A DNA stretch of 60,000 bases from Lama glama (Eukaryota), in assembly GCA_028534125.1 (NCBI GenBank), contig CM052817.1, positions 39,186,001-39,246,000 on the forward strand, given 5' to 3'. Both the position numbers and the translations under genes were made by a program. Under the pieces are notes generated by a model. That model did no database searches, was not told where the DNA came from, and was given only the letters and a program-made list of their open reading frames with translations. Shown piece by piece: positions 52,256 through 60,000 of the stretch. Every line of letters starts with the position of its first letter. The stretch's first letter is position 1.

Positions 52256-53654
52256 CTTGTTTTGTTATTTTTGTGGTTATGCTTTATTGTACATTTGCCA
52301 TTACTCAGACTACTGTAGACTATAACTAGATTTTGAGTAACTTGAGAACAGAGATGGTTTCTTAGGACTCTAGGGTATTATGCAGAATTTTACATTCCTA
52401 TGGCATAATGCTGAAGACAGGACTGAATATTTACTGATCCACCAAGTCTGAAGGCCAGTCGTTCCTTATATGTTGCTAAATACTCCATCACTGGGAGATA
52501 AATGTCAGAAACTTGAGAGTAGGATTTTTTGGTGCAGGTATGTCAGGAGATGGAGACCATTATGTAATCCTTTAGGCCAGTTACTCAGTGTCATCATTTT
52601 GAAGATGCATCAGAGGTCCCTTTAATGGCAACAATAGAAACAAGATGGGAAAACTGAAGAATCTGGCAGACATTGGGCATCTGGCCATAGGACATGAGAT
52701 TGATAGTAGGTATATTCAGAAACACCCCACATTATGAGAATAAAAGAGAAAGAGCATTCGTTTTCAGACTTCAATGAACTTAAGGATTTTGAGTTGCCTT
52801 TGAGATAAAGATCCCTGGACTCTATTCTCTGAGAGTCCCTTTCAGTTAGGTTCTACCTAAAGCTCAAAACTTGCATTTTAATAATTATTAGAGAAAAATA
52901 ATTGGAGACAGATGATTCTAAACGAATTTAGATGCTGCCAGTTGATAAAACCAACTTATGACTCCCTGTTAACGGTGAGAAACAAATGGTGTCCTTAATC
53001 AGTGACTCTCCTGCACTGGGCTGCCCTGTGGTAACCAGTGCTGGCCTGGCTGCTTCATCACTTGGAGGACTGCTGCTTCAAGAGATATCTAGGTCACCAT
53101 CCCCAGTTCTCGGCTTGTGCTGACTTACGCTCTACAATAACCCATGTGGTGATTCACTCTCTGCCTACAGAGGTTGGCAATTTTGAAGAAGGTCCCCTCT
53201 TCCAAGTTCTAGGATGATGATTAAATCCAAGATATAGCCAAGTCCTTTAGATGAAAGAACCCAGATGGGGACCTTGGTCATTAATCTAAATGTCATCTGG
53301 GCTTCTCTGACTCTTTGAGTTAAAGATAAACTAGATTTAAACACAATATCACAGTCTGTACAAGTCTGGCCCCTTCCTAATGATTAGTGCAAATTCTACA
53401 GTGTAATTATTCCAGGTGCCTCTGTCTCTCGGTTCCCTTGAAACCCAGGAGCTCTATCCAAGAAAGTGCAAATATTTTAGCCCCTTTTTGATGTTCAGTA
53501 AGGATCCCACTCATGAACTTTCTGAGGTTAATAACTGAAAATCCGTGGAGTGACAGAGAGGCATCGTACTGCTGCACGGCACTCGTCCACCATTTTCTAT
53601 TTTCCGCACACCATCTTCTGTTGCATTTAGAAAAACTCATGCTCCCAACATGCA

Positions 53655-53673
53655 GCTCCCTGGGAACTGTAGT
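53655..53673 (-). promoter_or_regulatory. ZNF143/THAP11-type ACTACAnnTCCCA motif
   Basis: Minus strand reads ACTACAGTTCCCAGGGAGC. Confidence 0.4.
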
Positions 53674-54976
53674 AGAGGTTGTCATTCTCCCTGGGACTGC
53701 TGCCATCTGCCAATGACCACCTCCATAAGAATTTTAGAAAATTTAATTTTTTCTACTTCATTACCAACAAATCTCTGGGGGGGCGAATGTTGTGTTGATG
53801 GTGGTTTAATCATTTTCCCAGGACCCAGGGTCCTGAGTCCAAACTACAGAACAAGCACGAAAGCCATATAAAGATCCTGAGGATGGTATGGAGAGGTTAT
53901 GCCCCCATCATACTCTCTCAGTTTGCCCCAAACTCCCTCTCTTTTGCCCAAAATCAAAAATAGTCTCTCGTGATACAGACTGTAGCTCACAGAATCATAT
54001 GATGTGTTTAGCCTGAAGTAGGCTGCCCTGAAACTGGGATCAAAGTGGCTGAGTAACCTCCTTGATTTGTTTCTCTTTAGGTTCGTGTTCAAATCTTACT
54101 AGTCTGTGTTTTTAACATTCATATGGTAGATCACAATAAGAAACAGAGAGGAAAGAAAGAGAGTGTTTGCCCCAACTGTGGTTTATTTACAGTATTTTTA
54201 TTGACGCTTTAAGCACTGTAAGTACCCTAATTAGTATCTTTGGACTTGACTCATCCATATGATTACTTGATCTCTCAAGGTGAGGGGGTGGGATGACGGA
54301 GGGAGAGTAAACTGGAGAGGAGTCTTAGCTCCTCCTAGAGCCATTAATCAGTTCCATCAAGTTGTCATCACAATCAGTGCCAAATTTGAAATGAAAATAG
54401 AAGCAACATTTTTCTAACTAAAAGTTGAGTTTCATTTTTCTCTACAACCCGCCATCTTGAACACTGGATTTGTGGGGAACAGGAATTTATAACTGAGATT
54501 TGAACTCTATTTAAAAAAAATTCATTTGAAAAATATAAAAGCTTATCAAATGATACAAAATATGAAAAGTCCTAGAACACTAGCAGGATTGGCTGGAAAT
54601 AAACTTGTCATAAATTAACCTCAGTTTTATACAAGTGGAAACGGCATTTATATCAAAACCAGAGGAAGATTTTCAAAACCAATAGTTTTTGTTATTAGAT
54701 TGATGTCCTAACGCCATGAATGGCTCATTGTCATTTGATGCTTGTGCCTGCCTATTTAATTCTTCTTTTCAAGAAACACAAAAGTTCTTTGCTTGAAGTC
54801 TATCCTTCTTCACAATTCAACTACTGTTCTCTCCTTCACACCCCTTACTTCATGATCTGTAATTCTACTGTCGTCAAAATTATTTAAAAATAAAATGTAA
54901 AGAAGTCTATCTAGTCAGTCTGAATTAGGGGCTTATTTTTTTTAAACCAGAAGGAGATTTTAATTCTGTGGATTTT

Positions 54977-55165
54977 ATATATATATGTATATATATATAT
55001 GTATATATATATATTCAATATATATATTTGTTTTTCACTTGTTTTTAAATTGAGGTGTAGTTGATGTACAACATTATCTAAGTTGCAGGTGTACCATATA
55101 GTGATTCACAGTTTTTAAAGTTTATATTCCATTTACAGATATTATAAAATATTGGCTCTATTGAA
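54977..55165 (-). mobile_element. (TA)n tract plus short L1MA-like 3' end
   Basis: TA repeat at 54977-55027, then TTTTAAATTGAGGTGTAGTTGATGTACAACATTATCTAAGTTGCAGGTGTAC. Confidence 0.7.
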
Positions 55166-55209
55166 GTCTATTTTTATTTAGTTGAGAAAGAGCCAGCATT
55201 GGTCACTTG

Positions 55210-55800
55210 GGTCATTTATTCAGTTGACACATTTCATTAAGCAGCTATTGTGCTTAGTGAAATATTAATTTTATTGAGTAACTATTATGTACCCGCTGTA
55301 TGTATGTATTTATTTATGTACTCACTGTATTTAGCACTGAATATATAGCAGTAAACAAAACAGACATAGTACCTAGTATGAAAGCCTCTAAGTAAACAAA
55401 TAGAATAATTAGAAATTGTGAGTAAGCATTAAGTAGAAGACCAGAGAAGGGAACTGTGGTAGGAGATGACAGGGTGTGTATACTTTATGGACAGGGGCAT
55501 GGAGGCCTATTGAAGGAGGTGACACTGAAGCAGACCTGAAGGGTGGGAAGGACCACGCTGCCTACAGAGATGTGGGGTGGCTTCAAGTGGTTTCCCAAGC
55601 AGAGACCCAGAGGGCCAGGAACTGGAAGGCCAGAGAGCTGGCTGAAGCAGTGTGAGTTGCGGGGAGTGGCGGGAGATAAGGGGGTAAGATAGAACTTCGG
55701 ACACTCAGGACCTCGGAAGCTCATGGGGAGGAGTTCCGAGCAGTGTGGAGTGGAGACAGGACTAGAAGCAGGCAGACCAGCTGGAAGCTCACTAGATCTG
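55210..55800 (-). mobile_element. L2 fragment(s)
   Basis: ATATAGCAGTAAACAAAACAGACATAG...GGAGGTGACACTGAAGCAGACCTGAAGG...GAAGCAGGCAGACCAG. Confidence 0.7.
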
Positions 55801-56340
55801 CTGCACCTGACAGGTAGGGTTAAATGAATACTTATTGAACATGTGGGTGTCTCACATGCTCTGTTAGCTTGAGATGCAATCTCTGTATCCCCCCAGTACC
55901 TCACAGAGCGCTTGCTATGCACAGGGTTCATGCAAAGGATTCACTGAGGGGCTTGACGGAAGGACCATATAGAATTAAATATTTTATCTGGTGTTTTCTC
56001 CGACTTTACTGTATAATCTTACCTGAAGAGAGTTAGGAGCATTTTTCTATGTATTATTCATTTCGGCACATACCCTATAAAACATCTAATGTCTCTAACC
56101 TTTTGGGACCGTGGGGCTTCCCCAACCAGTATTTAGAGTAAAATCTCTGTGGTAGCACTTTACCGATTTACCCCCTCAGCTCTTTTTCAGTTCTTGGCTC
56201 ATGTGAATAAAGAGGCCAGAATGCTCTTCAGGGAATGCACAGCATGGATATATATTTTTTACTATCGCAGCAGAATTGTTTTGAATACACTTCGGTCATG
56301 AGGTTAAAGCTCTCCACCAGGAATACTTCAGCAATAATTC

Positions 56341-56359
56341 TGCTGCCCTCTAGCCGGGC
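56341..56359 (-). promoter_or_regulatory. Candidate CTCF site
   Basis: Minus strand GCCCGGCTAGAGGGCAGCA is close to the CTCF core CCACTAGAGGGCAGC. Confidence 0.4.
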
Positions 56360-57042
56360 GCTGAAATCCCTCTGGAATGCTGGCATTACCCTTCAAGAAC
56401 GGTTCTGAAATGACTTTACTCACTTGCCCAGCCTTTCTGTTCTTATTGAAATTCTTCCAGAATGCTCGCAGTAAACTTCCGTCAGATGCCAGAATAACTT
56501 TTATGTTTCAGAAAGACTTCTGTAACAATTTATTACACAAGGCAACATAAGCTTACTTTTGGAAAAGCAGGTCAAAATTTTCCTGGTGGATCTCCTGTGG
56601 TTGGGTTGTTTCAGCTTTACTGATAACTCTGGACGATTATTTGAAGGGATTGTGAAAGGGCCAGCATAATGTACAGATGGAAGGGTTGGATTTCCTGGTT
56701 AGATTCTGCTGCCACCACCACTACTATTGTCATTTTTTTACCCTCCAATTATTATTTTCTGAGAGACTGGGCCTTGAGTCTTGGCTCTAACACTTACACT
56801 GAATAAAAGACAGTGAGCTTGGTCAGAAACACAATGTATCCTTGTAAGCTGGCCCCGAATATGAACAGGTAGAAATCAAATTATTTTCAAAACTCAAAAG
56901 CTTGGCACTATGTATATTTTTCATTCATCTATGAATTCATTTATTGTGTAAATATTTATTAAACACCTACTGTATGCTGTGCCAGGTACCAGAAATTCAT
57001 GGGTGGACAAGACAGACATGGAATTTACAGTCTAGCAGGAGC

Positions 57043-57430
57043 TGTGTTGTTATTCGTCACTGTGTCTGGAGATAACACACTACCCTAAGAACTTGCTGGT
57101 TTAAAACAACAAGTATTTGTATAGCTCACAATTCTGCAAGCCAACAGTTGGTGCTGAGCTCCGCTGCATTGTTCTTCTGATCTTGGCTGGTTCATTCATG
57201 GTTAAGGTCAGTGCCAAGTTGACTGGGCACTGGCTAGTTTCGCTTGGCCTCAGCTGGGTTGGCTGAGTTGGTAGAGCCCTGCCCCACATGGTTCTCATGT
57301 TTCGGCAGGCTAGCCCACGCTCGGTCATCTGGGTGTCTGGGCAGGGCTCCAAAAGAGACGGCCAAAGCGTGCAGGGCCTCTCGAGGCCTGGGCTCGGAAC
57401 TGGCGTCCTCCCTTCCATTGCATTTAACTC
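57043..57430 (-). mobile_element. MLT1F-like MaLR LTR
   Basis: CTACCCTAAGAACTTGCTGGTTTAAAACAACAAG...GCTCACAATTCTG...GGCCTCAGCTGGG...GGCCTGGGCTCGGAACTGGC. Confidence 0.7.
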
Positions 57431-58916
57431 CTCACAAGACTTTCAATTTTATTTGCAAATTATACCTCAATAGAACTGGGGAAAATGTTAATGTCTTACA
57501 GTTACATTATTTTTTCTATCACCTCAAGTTGTGGTAACAAATGATTTTTCTATTTTTGATGCAATCATTCTAATTTAAGTTAATCAGCAGATAGTATTCA
57601 CAATGAATCGTTATCCAAAGGATAATCAACTCTTTGGTTTTGAAGTTCTTTGTAACTAGAGTCTAGTAAATTCAGCATAGAATATTCTAGAAGAGCTTAG
57701 TTTTATATTTTGGAACATAAAGCATATTCGTAGTGCTGACCTTGCTAAGAGCTTGACAAAAGTGGCATTCTCTTGAAGAATGCATTATAAAGTCTACCAA
57801 AATACAGTAATCTGAAAGGAATTGTTAATGTGTCAATTTAAAGAATCCTGATAAGATTCTATGGACCGAGAATTCCTAAAAGCATAATTTTATATTATTA
57901 TTATTATTGTCATTGACAGGAGGCAGCATTGTTCTACATATGGGAGCAATGGAACATGTAAATGGAAGGTTTTGATCAAGAGTTAGACCTTTTTCACTTT
58001 TCAATGTAATTTTTTTCTTAATGGCAAAAGACAGTACACTTGAAATAATGTACATGGCATAACCTTTCTTAATATTGAAAAAAGTCACAGATGGTGGTTG
58101 AATTAGTAAGAAGGGAGTATGTCATATATTTATGGCAACCAGGGTGTGTTGGATAGTTTCAAGTTCAAATATTTTGACCAGTGGTTAAACCATGTATTAA
58201 AACAAAACTTATGGTTTTAGAAATACCGGTTACTGGAACAATAATAGAGAAATCAATGAGTCAAAGGCGCAGGTTCAGGTGCAAGCTCTTGGTCCCAGTG
58301 GCTGAGTATTTTGAGATGACTGTGTAGTTTAGTAGAAAAACATGTGTTTTGTGGCCAGATGGGGCTGGTTTCAAAACTTAGGTTTTCTACCTGCCTGTCT
58401 TTAGAAAAATTAAGTTTGAAAACTTCCTGAGCAATTATTTCCTTACCTGTAAATTCTGAAAAATTACCCTGACCTCATGAGATTTAAGGAAAAATGCAAT
58501 AATATGTGTAAACTCTCTGACTCTAAGCCTGGCACGCAGTAAATATTTAATGCTTCAATTTTCTTTTCCAAAATAGAGACATGATACTTACTGTGGAGCA
58601 CTGCAGCCTAGTGCTTTAAGAACATGGGGTCTGAGTCGGGAGTATCTGAGTTAAACCTCCAGCTGTGCCATGACAAAGCTGTGCATCTTTGGGCAAGTTA
58701 GGTCAGGATGAACTGAAGTTTCAGCTTTGGCCTTGGGATTCATCCCTAGTCTGCTGTCTGCTTTCAGCTTTGGCCTTGGATTTTGGACAGGCAATTAGTT
58801 AAATGCCAAGTTCAGTGTCATTTTTCAACAGTCAAATAAGTTACCATCAAATTCAGTCAGCAAAATATTATTATTTATATAAACAAAGTATGTCTATCAG
58901 ATGCATTGCTAGTTTA

Positions 58917-59364
58917 TGTGATAGTTGGGATTATTATTCAGGAGATATTCAATCCTCTCTCCTCCCATGTGTATAGAATAGTTATAGAAAGTTCCCAGAA
59001 CTTCCCTATCAGTATCAGGCTCGGCCATGTGCTGTGCTTTGGATAATGGAATATTAGTGGTTGTGATACAGTCAAAAGCTTGGGATGTGCTTGTGTGATG
59101 GGCTTGCCATCTTCCTCCTCTGCCACCACCATGGAAAGAGCTTCTCCTGAGTATCTGGGGTTCAGAGGCCCCCCTGCAGAGCAGACCTGAGCCCAAGCCA
59201 CAGTGAGGGGCCAGGTCAGCGTGTCTGGCAGCTTGAATCAGTCACTCAGCCCAGATCAGCTGACCTTCAGCTGACCTATAGAGGTATGAACAAAAATAAG
59301 TAATTGTGGTTTTAAGCCACTGAATCTTGGGGCAGTTGGTTATATAGCATAGCTGTCTAATACA
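58917..59364 (+). mobile_element. MLT1H/I-like MaLR LTR
   Basis: TG...CA ends; GGCCATGTGCTGTGCTTTGGATAATGGAAT...TTTTAAGCCACTGAATCTTGGGGCAGTTGGTTATATAGCA...CTAATACA. Confidence 0.75.
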
Positions 59365-60000
59365 GCTTGTGAGTATGCACTTTCAAATACTATAGGTAAA
59401 CATTCAAGAGTTAACTTGGAGTGAAATATTTCTTAAAAGCATTATCTCATAAAACACTATTATTCAGTTGATATGTAAAGGCTTGTTATTGAAGTAAGAG
59501 TGTTAGAATAATTAACAATGATTATGAAAGCTGTTGACTTTTTGTACAGAAATCTTTTTTAGAACTTTCAACTGTTTAAATAAAGAAACTATTGCATTAT
59601 GTGTTTTAATAGAGAGTTTCTTAGTGAGATAATTTTAGAAAAAAATATACTCTCTGATCCAACAAATACTTGTAAAAGTTAAAATAACAGTAGAAGGCCA
59701 AATAATAGAGATTAGATTAAATCATAATTCCAGTCTTTACTTCTCCAGTAAAGTTGTTTGATGTACTGGAATTTTGCATGTTAAACAAATAACCATTAAG
59801 AACTGATTTAAGTTCTAACTACTTAATTCCAGAGAATTATCTAGATAAGCGAGTGTGGTAACCTTAGAATGGCTTGAGCTTTGGGAAAGAAGATTTCTCT
59901 GAAATCTCACAAGACATTTGTTTTTAGCATCATCATCTTTATCAGCACATCTTCATTATCACTGAATCAGTCAGGATAATTTGGCTGATACTTTGGTTGA

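Noticed and set aside
56266..56285. Resemblance of CGCAGCAGAATTGTTTTGAA to mature miR-424/322
   Set aside because: The seed register and the rest of the hairpin do not match the miR-424 precursor as recalled, so this is probably coincidence.

Overview
This is repeat-rich mammalian intergenic or intronic DNA, most likely from a camelid (alpaca, llama or camel), judged from a Vic-1-type tRNA-derived SINE at about 27361-27510. The only recognisable protein-gene sequence is a young, 5'-truncated processed copy of adenosine deaminase (ADA) on the minus strand (35004-36142). It carries an uninterrupted intronless reading frame for ADA residues ~95-363, the full 3'UTR, AATAAA, a 15-nt poly(A) tail and an 8-bp target-site duplication (TSD). 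That TSD, AGGTAAGT on the minus strand, is a consensus 5' splice donor ending a candidate 126-nt non-coding exon, so the insertion duplicated a donor and placed a poly(A) signal immediately behind it. The rest consists of L1, L2, MIR, MaLR/ERVL/ERV1 LTR and hAT/Tigger fossils (several nested with readable TSDs), microsatellites, a few repeat-free motif-dense blocks that look like enhancers, and some unexplained hairpins. I could not identify a host gene or locus. Repeat subfamily names and the boundaries of old repeats come from recalled consensus sequences and are approximate. I found no convincing evidence of a new multi-gene system.
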